Program-made: the position numbers and the translations under genes
In this document: piece after piece, positions 28,696 through 41,724 of the stretch
How positions within the stretch are numbered: position 1 is the stretch's first letter
How the letters are laid out: the number at the start of each line of letters is the position of its first letter
Notes under the pieces: generated by a model
What the model was told of the DNA's origin: nothing
The model's database searches: none
Seen by the model: the letters and a program-made list of their open reading frames with translations, nothing else
Assembly: GCF_006345805.1 (NCBI RefSeq)
Contig: NC_043000.1
Span: forward strand, 48,484,001 to 48,548,000
Direction: 5' to 3'
Origin: Octopus sinensis
Lineage: Eukaryota
DNA: 64,000 nt

Positions 28696-29477
28696 ATTTA
28701 TTGGAGAAGATACATTGATTCAAGACTAAGAAGATGGTTAGTTAAGCAACCAACACTCAGCCAACTATAACCAACAGACAATGTAAATGCAAGATCTGCA
28801 ACTTTAACAAGCATCAGTAGATATGTTTGACTATATACCAGAACTAGAGTAAGATATCCTACATTCATATGGCCTTCTTGTTGTGCCCTCTGACTTTCCA
28901 AATACTGAATGAGATCTTTTCCTTCCCACTTATTTGATATTTTTGACACGTCTGTATTTATTGGATTAGTTGAATAATGTATGCGCTACAAATGCATACA
29001 AATACATATGCGTATATTCAGGTGTGTATATATCTGTATACATGTTATTCTAGTTTGTATCAGTAATTTAATTTCGTCTATATTGACACCCAGAAGCATT
29101 TTTGAATCCACTTAACAATTTTACATACTTTTACTTTTAGTTGCTTTGAATTCAATTTTACCATTTGTTCTGCTAATTTCTTCTCATTCCTCCTTATTGT
29201 TTCCGTTTCTTTCGCCTCTTTAGGAAAACACTTTATGTCCATCCTATACCCATACACAACCCCATACATACATACGTGTGTACGTATGTACATACGTACC
29301 TAAGTATATATAAACATACCTTTGTGTACTTGTGTGTATTTAAGTATTACGAAATAGCAATATTTTATTGAAACATGCTTTTATCGTTATTCTTAGTTTC
29401 ACGGTTGAGTTTATTCAAACATGGTATAATTGGAAACGTGAAAAACCAGGGTTATGATTGAAAAAATTCAGCTTTTA

Positions 29478-29574
<97 letters not shown>

Positions 29575-29625
29575 GTCTGTCTGTGTGTCTGTCTGTCTGT
29601 GTGGATGAGTGTGTGTGTGTATGTC
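29478..29625. repeat. (TATC)n-(TGTC)n microsatellite
   Basis: Directly visible. Confidence 0.95.
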
Positions 29626-29781
29626 TATGTATGTGCGTACCTGTAGATTATATATATATATGGATACGCATATTTTGTAATGACTAAATGCAAACCGAAC
29701 ACGCATTCACACACATAAGATTATGTATATAGATACGCTTATTTATGCATATATGTATATACACACATATCCATGTATATG

Positions 29782-29818
<37 letters not shown>

Positions 29819-29939
29819 TCAATTTAGGGTAGCAAAAAATTCAGTAAAAATTTATCGCTACCAGCGGCCTGATGGAAAAGAGAAAATAGTCAAAGACTAA
29901 ATATGTATAAATATAACAATTTAGGCCATTCCTAAATTG

Positions 29940-29972
<33 letters not shown>

Positions 29973-29976
<4 letters not shown>

Positions 29977-30183
29977 TATATACTATACAAATATTTGACA
30001 TAGACTTATACTGTGTGATTGTGTGTATACTTTGTGTTTGTATATATTTCGGTACTTAATTGCGGGGGTATATATATATATATATATATTCATATATACT
30101 ATACAATATTTGACATAGACTTATACTGTGTGATTGTGTGTATACTTTGTGTTTGTATATATTTCGGTACTTAATTGCGGGGG
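29973..30183. repeat. Near-perfect ~96-bp tandem duplication separated by (TA)n
   Basis: TTCATATATACTATACAA...TTAATTGCGGGGG at 29973-30068 and 30089-30183; differ by a 1-nt indel. Confidence 0.9.
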
Positions 30184-31077
30184 TATATATATATATATGC
30201 GTGGGTGTGTATGTGTGTATGTATATATATATGTATGTATGTATATTCACTAGTTTTAGTCTGTGACAATGTGCGCGCGTATGTTTCTCTATGTATGGAT
30301 TAGTATTATGTGTATGTTTGTTTTTGCGTCCATCTGTCTGTGACATCACTGCCGAACCAACCAATGCACCGTGGAAAGAAATTATGAGAAACATAATGCG
30401 TTTTATAGTCAATGAAATCAGCAATTCAAATATATATTTATGACGAACGTTAGAAATAAAACATATATATATATAGCCATATGTTGCTATTAATGTTATA
30501 AAGATGGGTGAGATATATTCAGCTCAAAGGGATTGTGTGTCCGTGTCATCGTTTAAAGCCATATAAAAATTGAATTGTTATACAAATTTAGTGCAACATC
30601 TATGATATATCTTCCTTAAAAAGGATAAAGTATTCATAATTTCAATAGAAGTTTTTATATATTTGATATGTCGGTGGCAATTAACGCAAAACATAGTTCG
30701 CGTCGAAATTCTGTGGCTGTACTATCACGTTAAGCGGACCATTCCGCAATTCTGAGTAATATGATATGAAGTCATGTTTTCATGCCTTGCTGTATTATTC
30801 ATACTTATTGTAAATTTGTTCAAAATTAATTGTAGTCTTTAAATGAGACTGTTACTGAATACTTTCCGATATACCTTTGCTCATAGGTACGTGTATATTG
30901 TAGGCTTTTATATATTGATTAACATGTCCAAGCCATCTCATACGTCTTTGTGTGAAGAGTGCAAACATGCTTGGTATTCCTGCTTGCTTGGGGACATCTT
31001 TCTTGGGGACATGATTCTGCTATTTAATGCCAAGGGTTTTCCGGAGGCAGCGCAGGTGAAAGATATTTAGGCAATGC

Positions 31078-31540
31078 TCTTGGCGTGTTAGCCGTATGGA
31101 AGATGGCGGAATCCCCAAGGACATACTCTAGGGACAGCTTGCTAGGGGCACTAGGTTTGTGGGAAGACCATTCTTACGATACAAGGATGTTTGCAAAAGG
31201 AACATGAAGGCCTGCGACAATAATATTAGCAACTGGGAAGCGGTTGCCAGCAACCGTGGAGATTGGCGACGTACCATAAAAGAGGGAACACAAAGGAGTG
31301 ACAGAGGGAGAGAGGAGAAATGGAAAGACACGAAAAGACGTCAACAAGAAACTATGACATTACAACCAGCCAGGCAAAGTCTTCGCTACATTTGCAGCAC
31401 CTGCCAGAGAGAGTGTTTGTCCAGGATAAGACTACACAGCCACAGCAGGAGATGTATTAGGACATGAAATGTAAAAGCCGGGCTAGATTATTTTATGCGC
31501 AACTCCATTGTCTCCCGGGACAGAAAGGATGCCAACAATA
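31078..31540 (+). pseudogene. RTE-clade LINE 3' fragment (post-RT region, C-terminal zinc finger, 3' UTR)
   Basis: RMEDGGIPKDIL*GQLARGTRFVGRPFLRYKDVCKRNMK...W...CSTCQRECLSRIRLHSHSRRC; RTE-like 3' end CCATTGTCTCCCGGGACAGAAAGGATGCCAACAA. Confidence 0.88.
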
Positions 31541-32699
31541 TATTGACTATTAATATTTTCAGTTATATAGTTATATGTGCATTTGTAGTCACAAATATAG
31601 AAGGTACTCAATATGTGAAGAGATCACAGAGAATGAAGATATACACTTTTCTTTGCAGCGTGTCTTTTAAAAGGCTGTTATACACTGTACGCTCGAAAAT
31701 ATTCAAATGTATTTCTTAAAGTTGATAGATAGTGACATCAGCTTTGACAAACGATATATCTCTGTCTTTTATTTTATTTCAATCTGTAAAAGTTCCCGTA
31801 TTGAAGAATCATAGGTATTGTTATTAAACGTGTCACAGAAATGTGTTCTGTTTCCTTCTGATTATACAACAAGATTTATATCAAACTGATGTGAAAGATG
31901 AGATAGATTTCACGACTAACCTCTGCACCATGCCCAAAATAAGTGTCATTAGTTTAATGCAGTAACTTCTCTAAGTTCTGTTAACGCATAGCTTTCCCGT
32001 GTGTATGAACTTATAAGAAACGATATTTCAAGGGTATATATGTGAAGTTATTTTTCAATGAATGTAAAATGCATAATAAACCAATGCAAATATATCTCTA
32101 ATATCTCTAATTAATAATGATTAAGTCCAGTGAGAAAATCTGAAGAAAATATGTGCTTTCTGGTAAGGCGAGAAAATGTGCTTATGATGTGATGATTAGC
32201 CGTTCAGCTGAGGTATGTTTCACAAAATTAACGCCACATGAATATAAATCTTTAACTAATTCAGAACATGCAGAGGTTGTGATCTTATAAATTAAAATTT
32301 ATCTATAATCATTCATATAGCTTCCTACGTTACAAGATGTTAATGAGACGATCAAATGCTTAAATACCTGACATATGTTGCTAATAAGTTTAATATTTTT
32401 CGGACTATTAACTTCCGTCTGTAGAGATGAAAAGATGTTTAATATTAACATGTACGAGACAGTTAAATGAATTAATGGTTAGAGCGTCGAACAAAATATA
32501 TTGATTTATTTAACTACAACATCTTACGTTCTGATTTCGAGTCTCGCTGAGGTCAACACTGCTCTTAATCGCTCCGTGATCAACAAAATAAAATACAGTG
32601 ACACACAGGAGCTGATTTCATATGCATTAAAATCCTCCCTTTCGAAATCCTGTGACCTTGTAACTATATTAGAGATCAATATCCACATATACGCCTAGA

Positions 32700-32943
32700 T
32701 CAGGATGAGTATATTCGGTCATATTATGCGGATAAAATCCCTGGAGAAGGACATCATGCTTGGAATGGTCAGTGGCAAGAGAGGAAGAGGCCGACCAAGA
32801 ACCCGCTGGCTTGACACCATCAAGAGTGATACCGGAATGGACATAGCCAATCTGAAAGAAGCGGCCCGGGATAGAACTGACTGGAGGACACTGATCCAAC
32901 GAATGACCGAGAGTCGACTTCGACTGAGCGGATAGAGAGAGAT
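32700..32943 (+). pseudogene. RTE/BovB-like LINE 3' fragment
   Basis: FGHIMR..SLEKDIMLGMVSGKRGRGRPRTRWLDTI...L.EAARDR..WR.LI, the typical RTE C-terminus; ends in a short (GA)n tail. Confidence 0.9.
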
Positions 32944-33241
32944 ATTCGAACAATGAATATCATGAAGAATCAGATATATCACAATATCATAGAGGCACCT
33001 AATTACCGGAATACTAATTCCATAAAACGCTACTTAATCGTTTTTGTGGTAGCTCTCTTGAACGCATGACAAATTTTCTCCATTTTCATTTCTGTCTACT
33101 TTCAGTGAAATGAAGTTGTTTGTAATTTGAATATTATTATTCGCCAAAATTCTACGAACATTATGGAGCATAAAACAGGATACACAGTAATCGAAGACTG
33201 AACCTGGTACACTAGACATGAACACCATATAAATATTTTAA

Positions 33242-33459
33242 CCATTTACTTGTATCATGCAGAACTCATTTCTTTGGCGTCCATGCATCTTATACGACAC
33301 ATATTCATAAGTCGTTTTCAATCTTTAGATTAACTTTAGGCTTATGAGAGGAAGGTTTTATATTACTCAAAACGTATGAATCGAGGACTAACTAAAAGTC
33401 TGAAAACAAGCATAACCGTTTAGGACAAACTTATGAAAATACTTTGGACAGGCAAAGAG
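33242..33459. mobile_element. Second, inverted copy of the TTAA MITE
   Basis: GGACAAACTTATGAAAATACTTTGGACAGGCAAAGAG|TTAA is the near-exact reverse complement of 12573-12610; TTAA also at 33238-33241. Confidence 0.7.
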
Positions 33460-34035
33460 TTAAGACAACGAATTACTAGAAGAAATATCATGTTTACTGA
33501 GCCTCCAAACGTGAAGGGAATCTTTAGGTAACCATCTTACATCACATGCACTAAAGAAGAAAACTTTGAAGACGATGCCTCACAGGTGCAATGGGTTGTG
33601 TGTACTTACAAAGCATAGTAGGAAGAAGATGATAGCATCATGATATCAGCTTAATGCACATAATTCATTTATCACAATTCTTTTTTTATTGTCCTCTAAA
33701 GTAAATGGCGAATTATTAGATCTAACAAGCGCCGTAATCGAGTCACTAGAGAATGATGCCAAAATTGATGTAAATATTAAATATGCGATTGATTTTCATG
33801 TTCCTCTTCTTTTAAAACTAAATAGGAAATTGCTTGTTGCTCAGCGTGCTATATAAATAAGCTTCGAATTGGAAAAATTCGTTAACTTTTTTTCAACTGT
33901 TGAGAGATTTTGTTCAGAGTAAGAAAGAGTTCTTGAAAAGTAAGTGACATGTTTATAAATCTGTGTAGAGACCTCCAAAGTTTTAGCTCCAGACCAATCA
34001 GACTCCAAATGTAATGGATCTTCAAAGAGAGAGAA

Positions 34036-34070
<35 letters not shown>

Positions 34071-35257
34071 AGAATATTATTTATGAAAGTTTCAAGCACC
34101 TATATATACTTGTTTTAGAAAGGTACTGCATTTCAATGGATTTAATCGGGATTCAATATGTTCTAGAAAAGACAGACATTTAAATTATAGCAAATATATA
34201 AAGCTAGTAATAGTTGTGGGTGTTTAGTTTTGCTTGGGTGGTTATAATTAACGAGTGTTTCAATCGTTCCGGATGAGATTATTTTCTATTTTGCATGCAA
34301 GTAACGAGCATTTTTATAATATTAGCGCGCGCGGATGTGCGTAAATATGTATTTGAATGTATTTGGTTAGAATACATTTGTTATTGTTCAAGTAACGTTG
34401 AACCAATATGTAAGTATTTATGTATGCATGTATGATTGTATGCACATATGTAGGTATACGTGCATATGCTTGTCTGTGTGCGTATGCCTGTCTGAAACAC
34501 TAAATCTATTTAATGGAGAGATATGATACAGGATTTTAATTATTGCAGCTTTTAAGTACACACACACATACACAAACACTGAAACACACACACTATGTAT
34601 GTCCGTATGTATGCATTTATGTATGATACACGCAACTGGAAGTTTGCATTTGAATATCCATTGCAGCCTTTAATAGGATTTATTTACATTTATTTAAAAG
34701 GTTTCACATTATCAAGATTTTCTAAAAGTAGTATCATATGGAACCTGAAGCTACACCGTATTTGTTTCGTCTCTGATTTGATTTCGAAATTTTGCTCCTT
34801 TTTATGAAAAGGTTATGATTCAAATTGTCATCATTTCATCATTTGAGATACATTTTAGTTTGATGAAGGTGTTCAAGAGGTCAGGGGTTAATGCGACTGT
34901 ATGAATGATATTCTCAGGCTATATTAGGCCAGTGAATGTCTCATGTGACAGCATGAATAACATTCGCGCGTTATATCTTTGCATTAGATCAAGTAACCAT
35001 ATGTTTACTAAGGCTATTAAAACCTCTACGCATTTAATACTCTACTTATCAATATTCATAAATAAATACATACGTAAAATTATACACATTAATTCATGCA
35101 TACATGTACATACATAAAAAATCGCAAGCATGCTTATAATATTACTGCGTGTGCACGCGCGTAAATATGTATTTGAATGTATTTGCATATATATATTTAT
35201 GTACAGATATAAGTATATAAATGTGTGTATTACATACACATACATACATACATATTG

Positions 35258-36125
35258 GTATAATATTAGCAGCCCGCCGAAATATACTGTTTAATGGGAA
35301 ATCCTGGGCTCAAAAGGATACACCCAACTTTTCTCACATCCCCATGGGGACCAGTAACTCCGCCTAAGTTATGGACTTATAGGGAATTACCTACTTAACG
35401 GTCTCCATGAACAATTTTCTAACATCTTCGATGGTCTATACGAAGACGACGCTCTGTTCGCATCCCAAATTCTAGCAACCGGAAAATCGAACAGACTGGA
35501 AAAAGATTAAGAGCTTTTCTAAAAACATCGGCCTTAGCATCTGTAACAACGTTAAAACTGCTAATTTCTTGGACGTAATCTTGGGCTCGCAAAACTAAAC
35601 CTTCTACCTCTACCACAAACCTAGAGAAAACCTCCACTATCTGAACTTCTCCAACCCACCCCACTCCGTCCTAAAATCTATTGTGGAAAGCATTTCCTAC
35701 TAGATTTCCTCACTATCTGCTAATAAGGGTTTATTGGATCAGTATGCAAAATATAACAACTGTGCCTTACAACGTGCCGGATATGAAAACTGAATCGAAT
35801 ACATAGCCATGTGGGATATTTCTCCCTCCACTAAACTCGGAACTGAAACCAGTTCCTCCCCCACCCCAAAATAAAAGTAAAATCCACCCCATCCTACCAC
35901 ACTAATACCCGGCCAAATTTCAGAGTAGCGGCCGACCTAGCAAGCAATCCTCCTGCAAGATGACCCCAAATCCTGTATACGTCGCAACTCACCGAAACAA
36001 ACAACAGCGTACACTTCCAAAGCCCTATCTCCACCCAGTGAACCCGTCTCCCATATTGGATTAAACGACAAGAACCCGGGTTTTATCTGGTTCCATCCCC
36101 TTTGCTCTTAATGTTCAGACTCGAG
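35258..36125 (+). pseudogene. Decayed Penelope-like element reverse transcriptase fragment
   Basis: Ordered motifs with stops and frameshifts: ARRNILFNGKSW, FSHIPMG..SA, GLYEDDAL (YxDD motif), NFLDV, Y.KP....Y, ISSLS.N, AL.RAGY, and IWFHP near 36085. These match Penelope-like RT (FDVTMG, GLYRDDGL, NFLDV, IIWFNPP). Confidence 0.8.
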
Positions 36126-36787
36126 AACCTAGCAGGATTTGAACTCAGGACAAAGAGTACCGGAACTAATGTATGTATGTATGCATGTATGTATGTATGT
36201 ATGTATGCATGTATGTATGTATGTATTTATAGTGTTTATTCAAACTATATTTGATTAAAACCATTTCTTAATTAAAAAAGAACCATATCCTCTGCAACAT
36301 GTATTGAGTACTCGTTTCTCACATCAAATCGTATGCAAAATATACTCATAAACACATGCACACCCGCCCGCACACACACACACACACACGTCTACCAGTT
36401 AATGTGGAAGTTATACTAGAGCGCAAAATTCTGTATTTACCATAACAGAACCTCTCATTTGGACACTCAAATCCTCTGTATATCGCTGACGTGGGAATCG
36501 GCCGCCTTATCTAGCCACAGATGTCTGACTATGACAAGTTCAAGTAAGTTTAAAGTCACATGATCAGGCAATTCCGACGGCCGTAGCGGACGGATAGCGC
36601 CGCCATCTATATAAATACGTGTGCTTTTATGCAACCCAAATCCATATGCGAGGCCCTCTCAAAGTAAATAACGCTATATTCTCTGTTCTGGTACAACATC
36701 AACTTTAAGAGGAAGATAAATATTGCCTTTTGTATTAATACTGCTTCCGACGCTATTATTTTTTATGTATAAATGTGTATGTATGTG

Positions 36788-37091
36788 TGAAGGCCCGTGG
36801 CTTAGTTGTTAGGGCCCCTAACATTGGGGTATTCGGTTCCCGGCTGTGCGTTGTGTCCTTAAGCAAGAAACTTTATTTCAAGTTGCTCCAGTCCACTCGG
36901 CTGGCAAAAATGAGTAATACCTGTATTTCAAAGGGCCGGCCTTCTCACATTCTGTGTCCCACTGAATCTCCCTGAGTGCTATGCTAAGGGTACGCATGTC
37001 CATAGGGTGCTCAGCACGTTAATTTCGCGAGCAGGCTGTTCTGTTGATCAGATCAACTGAATCCCTCGTCGTCGTAACCGACGGAGTGCCT
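36788..37091 (+). mobile_element. tRNA-derived SINE, family C2
   Basis: Head and core shared with 28441-28586; tail TACCTGTATTTCAAAGGGCCGGCC...CGTCGTCGTAACCGACGGAGTGC shared with 62935-63125. Confidence 0.82.
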
Positions 37092-38638
37092 GTTACGTAT
37101 GTCTCTATGTACGACTATCGCCACTCTGTATTAATATTTGTTCTACCATTAATGTTTTTTTTATATATTTCTTTATCTGTAATTACGTTATTTTAAGCAT
37201 TTGTATCCAGTTTACGTTAAAATGAATGGAAGTAATTGTACTTATTTTTGTAAAGTTTACATTCACTTCAACCCTCTGGTAAAACAGCTAATAGGTGATC
37301 CACTATATTCGAATAGTAAAACTCCTTCATTTAATTTGATACTGAGTGAACAAACAGTTCGAATATTGCGTTGGCCGTTTTTGTATACATCTTCTGTGCG
37401 TTAGCTAGCGTTATCAGTAACATCTGTGTTGATTCTCTATGTTCTTCGATATGAGCAAAATTATCTCTGGCAACCGAATGAAATAAAAACAGAAGCAAAC
37501 CATAATACACGTAGCTAAATAAAAGAAATCTGATTTACAGAAACATAAGTAATTCTATTTACTTGAAAGTGTGAAAAGTAGACTGTTCACAGATTTGGCG
37601 CAGATTTGTACATTTGTTTTTCATTTCCTTTGAAACAAAAACAAACACAAGAAATTTAAAAATACACGAGTAACTTTAAGAATGCGGTGAATCTCAATTG
37701 AGCGCATGTTCTATCTTCCATCATACTTCTTTGCTTTTTTTTTTCGAAATAGTTTTACTGCAATAAGTAAGTTTGTGTTAAGCTACACAGTATAGTCATA
37801 CAAATATTTATCAGTCTATTCATATACTCCAGAAATTTAGAAATGTTTTGGTGTAAACAATTCATTAATCTATACTAAGTTGCTGGGTTTTATAAAGTTT
37901 AGCTATAAAATTACGCTTTACTTGGAGGATAAAATATTTTGGAAGGTTATGATTATAGGGAAGCATTTTACTGTATTAAACCGATCAACCAGAGTTACCC
38001 CATATCAGATATTTCATAACTGGTCGGTCGTTTGACAACCTGTCATTGTTATATTATACAAAAGTACACGTTCATCTTTGATTTTATTAGTTACCCATCA
38101 GTAAATGCCGTATTGCTTAATTTTGCAAAATCTCGAGTGATTTCTGCATAAGTTGAATCTTCACCACGAAAGAAAGTGACAACTACTTATTATATAACTT
38201 CGCATTCATGGGTATAAGCTTCCTTGGGAACAGACACGATACCTATAAAACAGTTTTATCGTTAGGAATAATGAACAAAAAAGCAAAAGCCAACAAAAAG
38301 TGGATCTTAAACTGTAAATTCATAATGATTTACTTTTTTATGAATTGAACTAGAGTCTTAAGGTGATCGGTGTTTGATGGGATCACAAGTCCTGTTGAAC
38401 TGATGCAAGATAACCGTTTTCAAGATAAGATATGACTCTATGTTTGGGTTAAGAAAAAGAAGTGCTACATAATCCATAAAATTCAGCCAAACCAAAATGA
38501 TGTTAGATTCCCTAGACAGATCTAATCTGTATGCTGTTTATAAAAATACACTCTCAAGCGTTTCTCAATAAATTACGATCTCTTTTTAATAAAATTTAAT
38601 AAAATATGCAAATATGTTTTATGACAAGTGGACCTTAG

Positions 38639-38671
<33 letters not shown>

Positions 38672-39120
38672 GATGCAAGATCAACTTGCCAGCTTGCATT
38701 GTGTTATGTTTTTGTGAATAATCATAGGTGTTAAATTTTACTATTAGCTCATCTTAAGAAAACTGGGTTTTTTTTTTAATCATGTGATATTTTTGTCTAT
38801 CAATTAAGAACACGCGTCTGAAACAGCTGTAGTAGTGAATATCAATCCATTTATGTTACTGTTTATACTTCACCATACTCGGAACCCTCTCTGCGTTGAA
38901 TCTGAAGCTTAAATTCGACTATGGAACACGTGCTGTGAGTGTACTCCTATGTGACTTTGCGTACACTTTGTGTATTCTTTTAGTACTAGTGAATGTGTGC
39001 ATAACTGGGGGGTGGGGCAAATCCGTATTTACTTTTGGTGGAACTTCGATAAAGCTATAAGTAGTAGCGTGTAGAGTATTGGGTTAAAAACCGCCATTGG
39101 ATGGAAGAGAATCTAAGGTT

Positions 39121-39182
39121 GTCTATGGGACTCGAACCCACATCTTCTGTAAGCATGACTGATATGCTAACTGTTAAACCTT
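39121..39182 (-). mobile_element. tRNA-like head of another SINE family
   Basis: Minus strand GGTTTAACAGTTAGC...CATGCTTACAGAAGATGTGGGTTCGAGTCCCA with a B box; related CATGTTTACAGAAGATGTGG near 40046. No full cloverleaf. Confidence 0.5.
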
Positions 39183-39222
39183 CGAGTATTCTACATCGAC
39201 TTTAGATGCTCTGTTCTTCCTC

Positions 39223-39617
39223 TTACTCTTTTACTCTTTTACTTATTTCAGTCATTTGACTGTGGCCATGCTGGAGCACCGCCTTTAGTCGAGCAAATCG
39301 ACCCCAGGACTTATTCTATAATAATGGTACTTATTATATCGGTCTCTTTTTGCCAAACCGCTAAGTTACGGGGACGTAAACACACCAGCATCAGTTGGGA
39401 CAAACACAGACACACAAACACTGACACACAAAAACATATACACACATACATATACGACGGGCTTCTTCCAGTTTCCGTCTACCAAATTCATTCACAAGGC
39501 TTTGGTCGGCCCGGGGCTATAGTAGAAGACACTTGCCCAAGGTACCACGCAGTGGGACTGAACCTGGAACCATGTGGTTGGTAAGCAAGCTACTTACCAC
39601 GCAGCCACTCCTGTGCC
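39223..39617 (-). mobile_element. SINE family B, near full length
   Basis: Head GGCACAGGAGTGGCTGCGTGGTAAG, B-box-like GGTTCAGTCCC, internal (TG)n, (AAAAGAGT)n tail. Confidence 0.9.
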
Positions 39618-40248
39618 TCTCAAGAACTGTAGAATATTTACATTATAAAAATTTAGTAACTTCGTGAGATGTGAAGTAGATTATTTTCAGCGATGGAACT
39701 CGAAGCATATGAAAATAAAACAGTGTGCAGTATATACGCTTATGAAACCCCTTGTATAGAAATAAATCGAAGGATTCCCGTGGGATTTGAAATTACATCT
39801 GCTGTAAACACTCCAAACGGTATTATTTATGGCTTTATTCTAGTTATAGCTATTATTTACGCATTATTCAACGCACTACCATTTATAAATTTATTTACTT
39901 CGAGTTTCACAGTTAAAAGTAATTTCCGTCAATTTCTCGATGTTTATAAATTATTTTAATGTAAACATCCTACAGTTTTTGATGGTAATAAACTGGATGG
40001 AAAATATTCGAGCTGTTGCTTTGGTACAGTGGTCAGCGCAGCATCCATGTTTACAGAAGATGTGGCAGTTATTTTTCCCCAACTATTTTTGCTATCCCAC
40101 TATATAAAAAATTAACATACCACTTTATGTTTAAATTCTTGTGTTTTTCTATAAGTTTCAACTACATATTTTACGTTCAGGTGGTCGCACCAGTTTTATC
40201 CTGCTTTAACCTCCTACACTTCGGACATCTATATGTTTTTTTAAATTC

Positions 40249-40286
40249 TCTTTCTGTTGAAGAGTGTACGCTCGAAATGTAAAAGA
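40249..40286 (+). ncRNA. Degenerate minimal type I hammerhead in a Penelope pLTR-like repeat
   Basis: TCTTT CTGTTGA A GAGTG TA CGCTC GAAA TG TA AAAGA: stem I TCTTT/AAAGA and stem II are intact, but the core has A6 changed to T. Confidence 0.55.
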
Positions 40287-41221
40287 TGTTCTCACCTTCC
40301 TGAACGTCAAACTAATACACCTGCTTATTTATACACCTGTATTCGTCTTTTGTTTTTCTATAAATTTCAACTAAATATGTGTGTGTGTGTGTGTGTGTGT
40401 GTGTAGAAATTTACAGTTTTGAAATATTGTGCATGCATTGTCCTTCGTCGTGCATTTAAATGTAAGCCAAATGTGTTTATAATTGTGTAATAGCGTAGAC
40501 ATTTTTCCAGGCCTCCTATAACATGTAACAGTAGGAAAAGTAATTTCTTCCTTTACTCAGTTCATTTCGTCTGATAGATATTCAATTTACTGAACTTGTA
40601 CAGGAAGGAACGAAGAACATAACGGCCACTTGTTCAATTAGTAAAAGAAACTAGAGTTATACTACGTGAACAAAAACGGTTTAAGCGTGGGCTTAACTGC
40701 ATTATTTTTATAAAGGATGTTCTCCGTATGTTCATTGCAAATGAACTTAGTAATTGACGGAGACATATTTCTTTCTCGATTACCTATGCGAGTGACTGAT
40801 TATTACTTCACTTTATTATATATTGCTTTTAAGCTATGTAACTTTATATATGTGTTGGTTTCTTTGAATTTTATCGTTTGTTTTGTTTGTTTTCATCATA
40901 CTGGCGTAATATCTAATTTCATAAAGGTCTAATATGTTTTTATCGTCGAACAATGGAAGAGAAAACTGCTTTATTAACTTTAAATTAAAGTTGTTCTTTA
41001 TAAATACCTATTATTTCTCGGAGTATTACTGATAGTGAACCGTTCTTGGTTGTTTTAAAGTAATTAAGTGTAAATGTTACGACCATTAATTATTTATGAT
41101 TAAATAAAGGACAAAATCACCACTAATTGTTATGAAAATTCCTATTTATTAACAACAGTACTGACTGTTTTATGTACTGGCATCTGTTTAATTAACAACT
41201 GAGTGTTTTATGAAGGGTTTA

Positions 41222-41724
41222 TCTATATATATAAAACTCTAGTTGTGTGAGTGTCTGTCCCCTTCGATTTAGATTCCTAACTCCTCCCACATTTTGCGGT
41301 GCAGTTTAACCAAATTCTTATAGTCGTGATTCATATCGAGCCCGTCTGGCTATTAGCGCGCGTCAACGATGAGTCTACGATTTAAAAAATAATTTAACAT
41401 CATTTTTTATTCCATTTTAATGCATAATTTTTCGTGTGTCGATGGCGGCGGAGTTGGCGTCCACGCTCACAGCTGCACCTGTTTGCTTCTCCCCCTTCCC
41501 TCCCTCGTGAAGCTGTGGGGAAGGGAGTGTAAAGAAATCAACGTCGTAATGCGTTGTCAAGGAGACCAGCGTTCTTTTAGAACAACGACTTCATGGCTTG
41601 AAGACACCAAAACAGAAATGGCTAAGAAAGCCCGAATTGGCATCTATAAGGGAAGTAACTCTCTAAAAATGCTTATATAGTTATTTCCCTTACAAACCCG
41701 AGCAACGCCGGGCGATACCGCTAG
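41222..41724 (+). mobile_element. Non-autonomous Helitron
   Basis: A|TCTATATATATAAAA 5' end, subterminal hairpin CCCGAGCAACGCCGGG (41697-41712), CTAG|T 3' end, inserted between A and T. Confidence 0.88.
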
